DNA of 64,000 bases from an uncultured delta proteobacterium (GCA_963804955.1 CAWDSQ010000024.1:96001-160000), one strand, 5' to 3'. Counted from the stretch's first letter, positions 1-12,499 are shown. The notes: generated from the sequence alone by a model not told the origin. Made by a program: numbers and translations.

Positions 1-714
1 AGAAAGCATATTGAACAGTCTCTTCAGCATTCAGAGCAGGAACTCAAAAACCTTTCATCCCGGCTTTTACACGCACATGAACAGGAGCGCAAACGCATAG
101 CATATGAATTGCATGACGGACTCGGGCAAATTCTGAGCGCTGCAAAAATTGGTGTCAAAACAATTCTTGATGCCGGTGTTCAAAGGCTTGCCGCCGGCAC
201 ACACAGTTCCGCGAATAGCCTTCCGGACATCATTCAGTCTGCCATTGATGAGGTTCGGAGAATTTCACGAGATTTGCGTCCATCGATTCTTGATGATCTT
301 GGTATAATCGCCGCGATCAATTCATTTTGTTTTGATTTTGAAAAGGTCAACGGGACTATCACCGTGGTCAGGGAAATAAGCGCCCGCGACGAGGATATTC
401 CCGAAAAAATAAAAATTGTGATATACCGTGTGACACAGGAGGCCTGCACCAACATTGTGCGCCACAGTCATGCCGACAAAGTTACGGTGGCTCTTTCATC
501 TGTATCCGGAAATGTACGGCTCAGCATACACGATAACGGCAACGGCTTTGTTCAGCAAAAGCTGCATGAAGGCAGAGAATCAAACCGCGGCTTGGGATTA
601 TCAAGCATGAAAGAGAGGGTTGAGCTTTCCGGCGGAGACTTCACCCTGACATCTTCACCTGATCAGGGAACAATTGTGCAGGCACTCTGGCAACCGGTGC
701 TAACAGAAGCATAG
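1..714 (+). CDS. Sensor histidine kinase, HisKA_3/HATPase C-terminal part (5' end outside window)
   Basis: ERKRIAYELHDGLGQ H-box, LRPSILDDLG, QEACTNIVRHS N-box, DNGNG and GLGLSSMKERV G-boxes. Confidence 0.9.
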   Translation, partial: RKHIEQSLQHSEQELKNLSSRLLHAHEQERKRIAYELHDGLGQILSAAKIGVKTILDAGVQRLAAGTHSSANSLPDIIQSAIDEVRRISRDLRPSILDDLGIIAAINSFCFDFEKVNGTITVVREISARDEDIPEKIKIVIYRVTQEACTNIVRHSHADKVTVALSSVSGNVRLSIHDNGNGFVQQKLHEGRESNRGLGLSSMKERVELSGGDFTLTSSPDQGTIVQALWQPVLTEA

Positions 715-886
715 TGCCTGTTTAACGTTTTAATGATATTCTCTCAGAATCAACTGCGTGCCGTGGTTACAGTTACATTCAAACTGTGTTAAACTACAGC
801 ACTAAAAATTCCTGAAAAAGAAATTCCGGGGCTAAAGCCCTGAAGTACATCAAAACCCGTGCAATGCATAATTCCATAACCCTTGC

Positions 887-2523
887 ATGCAGAATATGAA
901 CGCCAGAAGAAACAGCCTGTTGCTTGCAGCACTTATTTTCTACGTCAGCATCTATGCCTGCGCCACTGCGTCCCGGGCAGCTGATACTGCAGCTGCGGAC
1001 AACGCGACTCCATCGCTCCCGGCAATTCCGCCGACTGCTGGGCCTGTCTCGAAAGCCAGCTATATTGTACAGCCGGGAGACTGCCTTGGAAAAATTCTGC
1101 GTGAAGTATTCAAGCTGCCTGAAGCAGTCATTTTCAGCCCGCAGACAAAACTCTCCATTCAAAAGGCTAACCCGCACATACATGACCTCAATGCTTTGCA
1201 GGCCGGCGAAAAACTGTGTGTGCCGCCGGAGATTCAGCACCAACTGCCCCCCCACAGCATTGGCTCTGATGCGGGCAAACAACCAGTGTCCTCTGTCACT
1301 GAACGGTCCGGCGAACCTGCCTCAATGCCCCAAAAAAAACAAAGCCGCAGGCTGCAGACCTGGCGCCGTCTATCCCGTCAGCCCACTGAATGATGAGCAG
1401 TCCGCACAGGCGATTCACGTTGCAACCGATGAAGACCTATCAAAGAAGATTCACTCGCGGGAACAGACTGCGCTCCAGCATGAAAAAAAAGTCCGGCAGA
1501 TGCTGATTGATTTCGTGAAGGCCTTTGACGGCATTGACAACACGAGCTGCATAAAGACTCTGCCGATTGACAACGGCGGAACCATTGTCATGGATTGCAG
1601 CAAATTTCCCATATATGAATTCCCCTGGGGAGCACGGATTGTCATGGATTACGGCGACCATCTGCCTGAGCACGTGCGAAAAATCATCACCGCGCAATGG
1701 GCTCATACGCAGATCATCGCCGCAGGATCACATGAAACTGCTGAAACAATCTTGTCAAGGGTGATCGACGGTTGCGGTCTGCTTAAAAACGAATCAGGCA
1801 ATCGATACACAGTCAGCCGCGACAATATACAAATCAGTGTAAGCGGCAACTGGATTGTTTATAAAGACCATGCGCAGAAAAATATTTTTGTTATAACGAT
1901 TACAAACGACGCAGGCCTCCGGATTCCCGAAAGCCTGCACGCATACCTTACCGGGCTTGGTATCAATCTGCTGCAGTTAAGCCCGTTTGAAAAACCGCCC
2001 TCCTTAAAAACAGAACATTTCAGCCCTGAACCCGAGGTTATATCTGTACAGGCTGATCCTGTGCATTTGACTGACATGATTCTGGAACTTATTGGAATAA
2101 CCCCGCAAAAAAATGTAAAAACCAAAATCACGCCACAAAATGCTCGAGGCATTACATTTGAAGTAACAATCGATCGAAAATTTGAATTGGCCGGTAAAAC
2201 CTGTTTTATTGACTTTAAAAATCTGTCCTCCAACATAGCTTCTATGCTCAACAATAAAGGCAATAAAATTCTTCAAATTGATTTAAAAACAGATAATTAT
2301 TTAAATTTAATCCATGAATTACTCGATTTTCTGCGCAATTCAAAACAGCTCTTCACCTGCACATTTCCAATACGACCAGTCTGAAAAAGCATCGCTGGAG
2401 ATCAGCATTCCGGGGTTTTTACTTCATACTAAATAAGGTGATTTTTTATTAACAAATATTGAAATTGATAAAAATATATTAATATTATTGTCGGAAATAG
2501 ATGTAAAAACTATTAAATTTTAA
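887..2523 (+). CDS. Secreted LysM-domain protein (frameshifted near 1335 and 2340; 3' end approximate)
   Basis: Signal peptide, LysM motif YIVQPGDCLGKI...NPHIHDLNALQAGEKL; reading continues in the 924..2384 frame and a third frame to about 2523. Confidence 0.7.
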
Positions 2524-2796
2524 ATTTCAGCTCTAATTAAATAATAATATAAAATATATTTTTTATTAAAATTTATACCTTTATTTTTAAATTTAATCTC
2601 CTGTGTTGTATCAAAAAAGGTGTAAAGTTTGTTTAGGGCATAACCGATACATTCATTGTCAAGTACAAAACCTGTCGAACGTACAGAAACAGATCAGTAA
2701 AGGGTGTACGTCTCTCAATCAGGATTAAACTCTGTCGGCAGCACAAAATATAAAAGTACGCGCAGACGGATAATGAATGTTTCAAGGAGATTCGGG

Positions 2797-2997
2797 ATGC
2801 CCGACGAAATAATGGACATCAGAAGTGCAGCCAAGTACCTTCAAATTAAAGAACGTACACTGTACCGGCTTGTTGGTGAAGGTGAAATTCCCGGAATAAA
2901 AGTCGGTGGCCAATGGCGCTTCAGCAGAAAATGTCTTGAAGGCATGTTTGCAAACGAAACAAAAAAGATTTTTCATGTTGAGCGTGGTACGCAATAA
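2797..2997 (+). CDS. Excisionase-family (HTH_17) DNA-binding protein
   Basis: AGGAG RBS; MPDEIMDIRSAAKYLQIKERTLYRLVGEGEIPGIKVGGQWRF matches the family pattern. Confidence 0.88.
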   Translation: MPDEIMDIRSAAKYLQIKERTLYRLVGEGEIPGIKVGGQWRFSRKCLEGMFANETKKIFHVERGTQ

Positions 2998-3148
2998 AAT
3001 CCCTGATTTTTTTAAAACACTAAACCAGTCAAAGCCACCATCCTTTCCAAGTCCTCAGTTTTAAATATAACTACTAGCCCCACCTTTTGAATTTTTTCAG
3101 CCGTAGATCTAGTATTTCATAAACTACTTAGCAGGCTAAAGATTCTCC

Positions 3149-3177
3149 TTGACATTGATTTAAAGTTTGGGTAGTCT
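3149..3177 (+). promoter_or_regulatory. Candidate sigma70 promoter for the FAD-oxidoreductase cluster
   Basis: TTGACA-N17-TAGTCT in an AT-rich intergenic region. Confidence 0.5.
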
Positions 3178-3479
3178 TTTTATGACAAAGATATACCTAA
3201 TTTATTGTGAACTAATGGATTTAGTATTAAGGTGCCGGCTTTCAAAAACAATACGGTATAGTTGATTAACACTGACAGCCTCCATCATCAAATAAGTATC
3301 CTTAACAACCCCTAATAAAGGATATCTGTAAGCAGCATTTTTCGCCACATGCAAACAAAAAAAACACATCAACCGCAAAAAAGAAGTATTGATTTACCCC
3401 TGTTTACTAGTGTGAAAATAAAGACATATTACGTATCGGCAAAAACCAACAGTTATTTAAATTACACGTGGAGAAGCAT

Positions 3480-4965
3480 ATGAGCACAGCAGCAACATCG
3501 TTAAAGAGCATCATCGATGCCGTGGCAGGCGTTGTTGGGGCGCAGAATGTCAGCACCGACATCGACACCTTGAAGCAGTACTCAAAAGATACGAGCCTTA
3601 TGCCTGCACGCATGCCTGACATGGTCGTCAGAGTTCTGAACCGTGAGCAGCTCATGGGCGTCTTGAAGATCGCCAATGAAAACAGCATCCCCGTTGTGCC
3701 GCGCAGCTCCGGAACCGGCACCTACGGCACCGCTATTCCTCTTGAAGGCGGCATCATTGTTGATCTGTCGAGCATGAAGCGCATCCCGCGCATCGATACC
3801 CGCAATCGCTGGGCACTGATCGAGGCTGGTGTCACGTTCGGTGAACTGCGCGATGAGCTTGCAAAACAGGGCATGCAGCCCCTGAATACGCTGCTGCCGC
3901 GCAAGGACAAGTCTGTCATATCCAGCGTGCTTGAACGTGAGCCGGTGCTGGCTTGCAAGACTGAATGTGATGAGCCCCTGAGAACCATGGAATTCGTATG
4001 GGGTACCGGCGAGCTGATGAGAACCGGCGCAATGTCTGTTGACTCAATGCCGCCGGAGGAAATTCCCAACAAAACCTCCTCCGATCTCTGCTCGATCGGC
4101 GGCCCCGGCATTGACTGGTGGCGGCTCATGACAGGAACGCAGGGAACCTTCGGCGTCATAACGGTCATGAATGTAAAAATCTTTCCACAAGGCGCTCCAG
4201 CAGAAGGTTGTTATTCTAACCTTCAATAACCTTGAAGATCTGGTAAAGCCTCTGTATGCTATTCAGCACCGTGAAATCGGTCACGAGTGTTATGTTCTGA
4301 ACAATTACGACGTGGCGGCAATCCTTGCCGACGATGACAAGGAAATTGCAAATCTTGCCAGAAAAATCCCCCCTTACTGCATCGTGCTGAATCTCTGGGG
4401 CGGTCAGTTTTTTCCCGAGGAAAGAATCGCCTATGAAGAAAAAGCTGTCAATGAAATAGCCGACCAGTTTCAATTTTCAGTTGCCAATGGGCTTTCCGCC
4501 ATACCCGATGCAAACAAGCGCCTTGAAAGCATGCTGGCCAGCCCCTGGGAAGGCGATATATACTGGAAAGACCGCTATGCAGGCGCATGCCTTGAGCTTG
4601 TATTCGAGTCCGGCCTCGACAAGATCCCCGAATACTGGAAAATATTCACCCAGCTTGCCGGCGAATACGGCATCGACACCAAGACCCTTGGCCTCTATAT
4701 TCAGCCCCGCCAGCGCGCACGCGTCTGCCATGTTGAATTCCACATCCCCTGTGATCCAAATGGCGCAGACCTTGCAAATATCAAAGCATTCCAGCGCAAA
4801 GCAGCCGAAGCAGTCATGAATGCAGGCGCATTCTTCTATCGCCCCTACTATGACTGGTCGGATATGATCTTCGCCCGCTCCGGCTATACATTTGAAGCGA
4901 TCAAAAAAATTAAAAAGATTCTTGACCCGAACCATACGCTCAACCCGGGCAAAATGGGTCTGTAA
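3480..4965 (+). CDS. FAD-binding oxidoreductase, VAO/PCMH family, type A1 (frameshift near 4190)
   Basis: PVVPRSSGTG FAD loop, IEAGVT, GTQGTFG, C-terminal LDPNHTLNPGK. Confidence 0.88.
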
Positions 4966-5017
4966 AATAACGCACCGAACAACCAAGGCTTGCAACCATT
5001 TACTATAGGAGACAACA

Positions 5018-6717
5018 ATGGCTTTCAATGAAATAGCTCTCAAAGCATTACAGGACGTGGTTGGCGAAGAAAACGCCTCGACAGACAGGGTACTGTGTCA
5101 GGCATATTCCCGCGTGCAATGGACTGCTGACGGCTGTATTCAGCGCAATGAAATGAAGACGTCAATGCGGCCTGACTGTATCGTGCTGCCTTCCTCCACA
5201 GAGGAAGTGCAGTCTATCTACAAACTTGCCAACCGCTATGACTTCATCGTCATACCCCGCGGCTCCGGCATGATCAATGCGGCTTTTGCAAACCCGACGC
5301 AGCGCATGATCGGAAAACCGATCTGCATTATTGACCCCAAGCGCATGGATAAAATTATTAAGGTCGATGCCAACAATATGTATGCGGTCATCGAGCCCTA
5401 TGTCTGCTTTGCTGCTCTGCAGGCAGAAGCGATGAAGGTCGGCTGCATGGCACCCTCACCCCCGGCAGGCTCGCAGATATCGGCCCTTGCAAATATTCAG
5501 TGGCATGGCGCATACGGCAACTCCTGGCTTTCAGGCCTTGGCGCCAACCAGCTTCTGTCCTTTGAGCTCGTTCTTCCCAATGGCGAGTTGCTCAAGAGCG
5601 GCTCCATCGCCCAGCAGGGCCCTGAAGAAGACTGGATATGGAATGACGGCCCTGGCCCCGACCTTCGCGGCTTTTACCGCGGCGCACAGTTCGGCCACGC
5701 CGGCGGCATGGGCATGGTGACAAAAATTTCCACCCGCCTGTTCCCCTGGCCCGGACCCTACCGTTTTCCCGACAAACGGCAATGCCGTTGAAAAAGAATC
5801 CCATTTCACCAAGGATAAGGTTCGCTGGTACATGATCGATGTGCCCGAAAAAATCAAGGAGTACCCCAAATTCGAGGCAGAACAGCTCCGCTGGTCCTGC
5901 GACCTTCATTACGAAATCGCCCGGGCCGAGCTTGCTATTGTTGTGCAGCATAATGCCAAGCAGTTCATGATGACCTGGGCGGCGCGCAGCAAGGAAGAAT
6001 TCCATAAGGGCGCCAATGAAGAATTCTTTCCCCGCGGCTACAATGTCGTCGCTCTTTCTTCGCTGACCTCTCTTGAGCAGCTCGAATATGAAGAAAAGGT
6101 TCTCAAGTCGATCGTAGCCAAGATGGGCGGTTCCTTCCTGTCAGAAGAGTCCAAGGATCCCATGGATCGCGAGCGCATACAGGTCCTGGATGCGCATTAC
6201 CAATGACTGGATCCGCACCGGCCATTCAATGAGGCTTTCCCGGCCCAGCGACTGCTTCCATCAGGGCACGGCATGCCTCGACTCCATCGACGCTGTGACT
6301 GATGAGATCCTGCGGGCAAACACACAGCAGCGCAAAGAGCTTGCGGAACAGGGCAAAGGCAAAGACCTGCTTCCGATCAGCTTCTACGGCGGCTGGATCA
6401 GCCCGATTGAAAAAGGCTATGGCGCTCTGATGACAACCGACCTCTGGCCCGAGCAGGAGCCAGAGAAAGCCGCTCAGGCAATTCAGCTGCTGTTCGGCTC
6501 GCTGATGGGCATGCTTGCAACCAAAAGCGCAGGCGCTACGGTATGCCTGCTGGGACCGGCATATGACCTTCTTGGACCGCAGTTCTATAATGTTCATCTT
6601 ATGGTCAAGGCGATGAAGCGTGAGTTCGATCCGAACAATATTTCCAATCCGCCGTATGCTACCACGCCTGATGTGGTTAATCCGAAGCAGCTTGCTGAGC
6701 TTACAAAAGTTCTGTAA
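5018..6717 (+). CDS. FAD-binding oxidoreductase, VAO/PCMH family, type B1 (frameshifts near 5775 and 6190)
   Basis: IVLPSSTEEVQ, IPRGSG, ELVLPNGE, GPGPDLRG, FDPNNISNP; joins ORFs 5018, 5832 and 6190. Confidence 0.87.
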
Positions 6718-6764
6718 GAGCAAAAAAAACTGCAACCAACTTTCTTGCATGAAAGGAGATTACA

Positions 6765-7766
6765 ATGTCTGATGAACTGGGAACAATTGAAAAAATCATG
6801 ATGACCAAACCCTTCAAGGTTTTCGACAGCCACGGGCATCCGGGGCTGGAGAAAATCGGCATTGCCGACCGGCCCGGCTGCATCGATTTCTGGTGCGGCA
6901 ATACGGTCGTGTCACGCTCCATGATGGGCGCCCGCGCATTCCTTGGCGACCCCAATCCCTTCAGCTTTATCACCAAGGCTGAAGAATGCCCCAACATGAC
7001 CCCCGAGGTCTTTATCCAGTACATGGATATGGCCGGTGTCGAGGCCATGTGCCTGCAGTGCATCCACGGCATTACCGATCCGGCCCCGGGCTATCCCAAT
7101 GGCTGGAAGTGGTATGTGCCCAATGAATATGTAAAAAAGACCTTTATCGATGCCTTCCCCGGCCGGTTCACCGCAGTGGGCGGCGTGCATGCCCGCTACG
7201 GCAAAGAGGCAGCAGTTGAAATGGTCATTTCGGCCAAGGAAAACGGCTTCCCGGGCATTAAAATTCATCCGCCCACGATCGGCTACCCGAACAATCCCGA
7301 TCTGTATCCCGCGTACGCAAAATGCGAAGAGCTGGGCCTGCATGTGCAGATTCACACCGGCGTTGAAGAGCTGCCCGGAACGCGCGCCAAGTATCAGCAC
7401 CCGGTGTATGTCGATGATGTTGCCATGGACTTCCCGAAGCTGAAAATACTGCAGCTGCACTGCGGCGTGTTCAACAACCCCATGATGGGCCTGTGGAACG
7501 TGATGAAGCATGACAATCTCTACACCGACATCACGATCCCCCACCCGACGCTCATGCAGTTCAAGTATTACTGGGATATGGATCATATGCGGTTCCTTGA
7601 ATTCTTCATGCCCGACAAGGTGTTCTACGGCACGGACTTCCCGCTCACGCTGCCGGCCTACAGCGCCATGGTCAGCAATATCATGACCATGCCGCTCTCC
7701 ATGGAGTTCAAGCACAAGATCATGGGCGACAACTTCCGTAAGTTCATCAACTGGGAAAGCAAGTAA
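6765..7766 (+). CDS. Amidohydrolase_2 family metallohydrolase/decarboxylase
   Basis: DSHGH, GIKIHP, IHTG, LHCG and YGTDFP motifs; AAGGAG RBS. Confidence 0.9.
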   Translation: MSDELGTIEKIMMTKPFKVFDSHGHPGLEKIGIADRPGCIDFWCGNTVVSRSMMGARAFLGDPNPFSFITKAEECPNMTPEVFIQYMDMAGVEAMCLQCIHGITDPAPGYPNGWKWYVPNEYVKKTFIDAFPGRFTAVGGVHARYGKEAAVEMVISAKENGFPGIKIHPPTIGYPNNPDLYPAYAKCEELGLHVQIHTGVEELPGTRAKYQHPVYVDDVAMDFPKLKILQLHCGVFNNPMMGLWNVMKHDNLYTDITIPHPTLMQFKYYWDMDHMRFLEFFMPDKVFYGTDFPLTLPAYSAMVSNIMTMPLSMEFKHKIMGDNFRKFINWESK

Positions 7767-7861
7767 GCCGGCAGGGAGCTGAATCTGATGCGGAATCTGA
7801 AACGACATTTTCTCACGCTGCACTCGAAGCTGAATACGTCCGATAGAACCGGCTGATTGTT

Positions 7862-7900
7862 AAAGGGTGTTCGCCGTCTCGTACAGCGAACACCTTTTTT
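7862..7900 (+). terminator. Intrinsic terminator after the amidohydrolase
   Basis: GGTGTTCGC...GCGAACACC followed by a T run. Confidence 0.7.
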
Positions 7901-7976
7901 CTGTGACTAGCAACGGAGCATCTGCTCCACAAAAAGAATCAAGAGACTCAACTACACTAAACTAAGGGAGTTAGCT

Positions 7977-8367
7977 ATGGAACTGAATCTCAAAAAATGG
8001 GAAGCCTACATGCAGCAGGATCCGGCGCTTCAGGATCGCCTGCAACGGCTCAATCCCGAAGGCTATCCAGCCACCAGAAAGGGCGATCTGCTGTGCCTGA
8101 AAGCTGGCAAGCGTTCCATCGATCGTGAACTGGAACGGCAAACAGCTCCATGTCGAGACGCGGGAACCAAAGAAAGCGTTTCTGACCTGGAATATCGGCG
8201 AGAAAAAATTCAACGAGGTGTTTCTTTCCGGCAAAACCCCTCCGGTCCTTGTTGCAATGAACAATGACCAGAAAAACATCAAGGCCGAAGCAGACCACCA
8301 CAACGGTTCACTGGTTATAAGCTTCATGGTGATGCTGCAGGAATGCAATGAAGGAGGTGCCCGCATC
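7977..8367 (+). CDS. Small SCP2 sterol-carrier-like protein or domain (frameshifted; as read, in frame with the next gene)
   Basis: GGGAG RBS; segment KFNEVFLSGKTPPVLVAMNNDQKNIKAEAD resembles the SCP2 C-terminal pattern. Confidence 0.4.
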
Positions 8368-9650
8368 ATGAAAAGTTTCTTTACTGATTTTGAACCGGTA
8401 AAAACACTGAGGCCCAAAAGCGCTGCTGAGGTGCAGGAAATCATCAAAAAGGCCAATAAGGACAAGACGCCTCTGGTGCCGGTCAGCTCCGCCAGCAACC
8501 TGCAGGACACGCACCTGCCCACGGTTAAAGGCGCTGTTGCCGTTGATTTGTCCGGCCTGAAGGGCATGTATTTTGATGCCGCCAACCGCAATGTCACGGT
8601 AGAGCCCGGCGTCACATTCGCCGATATCGAAAAGCAGTGCGCAAAAGCGGGACTTCGCACCCTGACATGCCATCGATGTTCCCAAAGGATGCATCAATTC
8701 TGACAACCTATCTGGAAATGATGCCCCTGTATCAGTGGCCCAAATATCATCCCTGGGAAATGCTGACCATGGAAGGCTACCGCGGCGATGGCGAGCGCTT
8801 TGCAACCGGCCAGATGGCCATGGTGCAGGACCGTCCTGACAAGTACTCCTGGGGCGTATCATTTGCCATGGTAGCACGGCTGTACTGCATGGCGCAGGGC
8901 ACGCTCGGCATTATCACCAAAGCTGCCGTGACGCTGAAAACCGCCATGAAAGAGGCAGAGGTTCTGTATTATCCCTGCACCACCATCGCAAAGGCGACAC
9001 AGGCACTCAAGGCATTTCTTTTCACCGAAGAGCCGCATGAAATTTTCGCCGTCAACAAAACCTATTTTGCAGAACTGATCGGCGAAAAAGCATCAAAAGA
9101 CATGCCTGCCTGGACCGTGGTTATCGTCAACCGCGGCGCTGACAAGGCTGAGATCGCCTATAAGAAGCAGGATGCCGCTGAAATCGCAAAACGTCTGGGC
9201 GGCTCGCTGATGACCGGCTATAAAGGGCGCAAAGAATGCTTCAAAAACAATTCTTTCTGAAATCGCCGCCCCCACCGGCTCCGCGCTTCATACAAGCGCC
9301 AAATCCTGGGCGCCCATTGTCAGCATTGCAACGGCTGAGCAGATTGCTGCCATAGCAGGCTCTATTCCCAAAGCATCCGGCTCGATTCTCATGCCGCTGC
9401 AGGCAGGCGGCTGTTTCTATTATCAGCCCGATTTGCGCTACACAGAAGGCGACCTCGTCAGCACTCGCAAAGAGTATGTCGTCAATTTGCGAAAAGATGC
9501 TTAAGTCCGGCGTTCTCTTTCCCCAGACCCTCGGCGCTTATCGCCAAACAGGTTGCCAAACAGTACCCTGACAGTTTCAACGTGCTCAAAGCTATAAAAA
9601 AAGCCGTTGATCCCAAGAATATCATGAACCCCGGTAAACTGGGACTTTAA
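8368..9650 (+). CDS. FAD-binding oxidoreductase, type A2 (several frameshifts)
   Basis: GGAGG RBS, RPKSAAEVQEII, VEPGVT, AQGTLGIITK, C-terminal VDPKNIMNPGKLGL. Confidence 0.85.
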
Positions 9651-9663
9651 GGAGGTAACAGCC

Positions 9664-10811
9664 GTGACGAGAGAAGAACTGCTCGACAAAGCATTACACT
9701 GCAACAGATGCGGCACCTGCCGCGGCGTTACCCAGGATGTGATCCCCGATGTGGCATTCGCCCTGCAATGCCCCTGCGGCTCGGAATTTTTTGGCTGCTA
9801 TGAGCCGTCAGGCCTTATGTATATGGCACGGGGATTGCCATGGGTAATTTGAAATGGAATGAAGATCTGGCAAAAGTGCTGTATGCCTGCACCATGTGCG
9901 GCTACTGCGATGATTTCTGCCAGCGCGGATATCGCCATACCCCTGCCATTGCGATTCTTGAAGAACTGCGCAGGGATATTCCGCAGAAACTGAAACCCAA
10001 AGCCCTGCAGAAAGCGACCGAAAGCATCAATATCCCCAAGGCACAGAAGCTTTCTGTTCTTGCAGGCTATGGTATCACGGATATCGCTCCGGGCAAAAAA
10101 GCCGACACAATTTTCTTTCCCGACAATACGCTCATGCTCAATGCCGCAAAGCTCAGGGAAATCGGCTATATTTTCCAGAAAAGCGGCAAGAAAATCAGCT
10201 GCTTCATAAGCGATCCGCTGCCTCCGGTAAATGCCTCTCTGGTGTTCGGCGGCTGCGATGATGCACTGGCTGCCTGCATGGCGGAAATCGATGACCGGCT
10301 GGAAGATGCAGCGGTGAAAAAAGTCATCGTGTACAATCCCGAAAGCCTGTCGGTCCTCAAGCGCAACAGCAAAGCTGATGTTGAATTCATTTCCATCACG
10401 AGTTTTTATGCCGGGCTGCTCAAAAGCAAAAAGGCCAAAAAACTGAAAATGCCCGCTGTCACGTATCAGGACCCCTGCCATCTTGGCCGTTATGCCAAAG
10501 ACTATGCAGCACCCCGGGAAGTCATTGCAGCACTGGGTTTGGAACTGAAGGATATGTGGCGCTCAGGCAATAACTCCCTGTGCTGCGGCGCAGGCGGTGG
10601 CGTTCTGGCAACAAATCCGGCCCTTGCCAAGCGATATGCTGAAAAGCGTATGCATGAAGCAAGCGCAACCGGCGCAAAAGTAATGATTACGGCCTGCCCG
10701 TACTGCCTTGCCAATCTCTCCGGCGCAAAGCCACGGGATTTCAAGATAGTAGATATCACCTCACTGGTGGCGCAGGCTTATGGCTTTTCCGGAAAGGAGG
10801 GCGGTAAGTAA
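9664..10811 (+). CDS. (Fe-S)-binding protein with CCG domain, GlcF/HdrD-like (frameshift near 9835)
   Basis: CNRCGTC and CTMCGYCDDFC ferredoxin motifs; YQDPCHLGR, CCGAGGG and TACPYC. Confidence 0.9.
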
Positions 10812-12335
10812 TGAAATCACAAGAGATCATTAAAGGTCTTAAAAAAATAGTGGGTGCTGATTGGGTGCGCTCCGACGAACTCAGCCGCTTCCACAACGGC
10901 GCCGACGTGCTCACGCATTTCGGGCAGGGAGCGCTGTATCCGGAGAATCATCCTGTGGCGGTCGTCCTGCCCGGCTCAACAAAAGACGTGCAGGCCGTAG
11001 TGAGATTCGCCGGTAAAAACAATGTGCCACTCTACTGCGTGGGCGGCGGTACCGTGCTTCTGATCGGTTCCATACCGGGCAAGCCTGATATGGGCATCGT
11101 GTTTGATTTTCACCGAATGCAGAAGGTTACCCTTGATAAAGACCGTCTGGTCGTCCGGGCACAGCCCGGCGCCACGGGTCTGCAGGTCAGTCAGCTCGTG
11201 CGCGGAGAAAATATCGGCTATCGCCCTTATTTCGGCGGCAGCCCGGGAACGTCGCTGTTTGTCCCTTATCAGGTTTTCACCGGCCAGAATAAAATGGCAG
11301 GCTACCTTGACGGCATGGGCATCAACTGCGTTGCCGGCATGGAAATGGTGCTCCCGAGCGGCGAGATTATCAAAGCCGGTTCCATGATGAACAGTGCTGC
11401 ACCCGGCTGGCCGCATGGCCCCGGACCGGCCCTTACCTATCTGCCGTTTTTCTCAAATGCCGGCTATGGCGTCGTGACGGCAATGGAATTCCGCTGCTTT
11501 TCAACGCCTCAGGAAAATGCCTCACTCTGGGTTACCTTCAAGACCCTGCGGGAAGCCTGCGAGGCCATGAACGCGGTTATTAGAAGTGAATATGCCTGCG
11601 GTGCAACCGTTATGGGCCCCGGCTGCTGGACGCACTGCCTCTATTCCTCCCAGCACTGGCAGGAGGGTGCGCATTTCGTGAAAGGAACCCAGGACATCAA
11701 CCTTGTCGGCATGTCCTTCCGCGGCTCGAAGAAAAAAGTTACCTATGAGCGCAATGCCTGCATTAAGATGCTGGAAAAGTATGGCGGCACTGTTATGCCG
11801 GCCTGGATGGTCGCAATTCTTGATGGTCATGAAGCAAATGCAGCCGGCTGGCAGCAGTGCAACAGCCCCAAAATTTGCGGCACATTCAACGGCAAGTCGG
11901 ATTCAGGCGGCATTTTCGTTTCCGGCGGCGTGTTTGATCAGATGAAGCAGCTTGAGGATTATATGCGCCTTGGCATGGCTGAGTATCAGGATGTCTGCCG
12001 CAAAAACCCCGAGTTCCTGAATCATCCGCATCCGATCATCCGCTTGTATGCAAGTTGCGGCCAGACCTATCTGTCGATGGGCGGCCATGCAAATGCAGCC
12101 GGTGAAGTTATCTTCGTGCTTGATTTTGCAAACCGCAAGTTCCTGCCCGATGATTGGCGAGATCAAGGGCAGGTTTGACAAACTCATGAAGGAAATCGGC
12201 ATGGCGCCACTGGGCGTTGGCCGTGACGGAAGAACCTGGACTGAATGCCATGATCACTTTGAAGTGGCAAAAATGATCAAAAAGACGGTGGATCCCAAGG
12301 GCTTCATGGCCCCTGGCGTTGCTTTTCCGATGTAA
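10811..12335 (+). CDS. FAD-binding oxidoreductase, type B2 (frameshift near 12150)
   Basis: VVLPGSTKDVQ, EMVLPSGE, HGPGPAL, C-terminal VDPKGFMAPG; start overlaps the upstream stop. Confidence 0.87.
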
Positions 12336-12354
12336 AAAAGCAGTCAACACACAT

Positions 12355-12388
12355 AAAAAAGCCGGTGAGATTATCACCGGCTTTTTTT
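12355..12388 (+). terminator. Intrinsic terminator
   Basis: AAAAAAGCCGGTGA-loop-TCACCGGCTTTTTTT. Confidence 0.85.
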
Positions 12389-12499
12389 ATTGATGACTAA
12401 AAATTATATTTTGAAACACTCTTTTAAATAATTTTTTTGACTTAAATTAATAAATAGATTAAATATTTATTAAAAAAATGCCCCTGGTATTTCATATTC

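Noticed and set aside
6912..7823. Long antisense ORFs (also 43850..44866, 47887..48954, 59077..60132)
   Set aside because: Shadow frames opposite well-supported genes, with no motifs.
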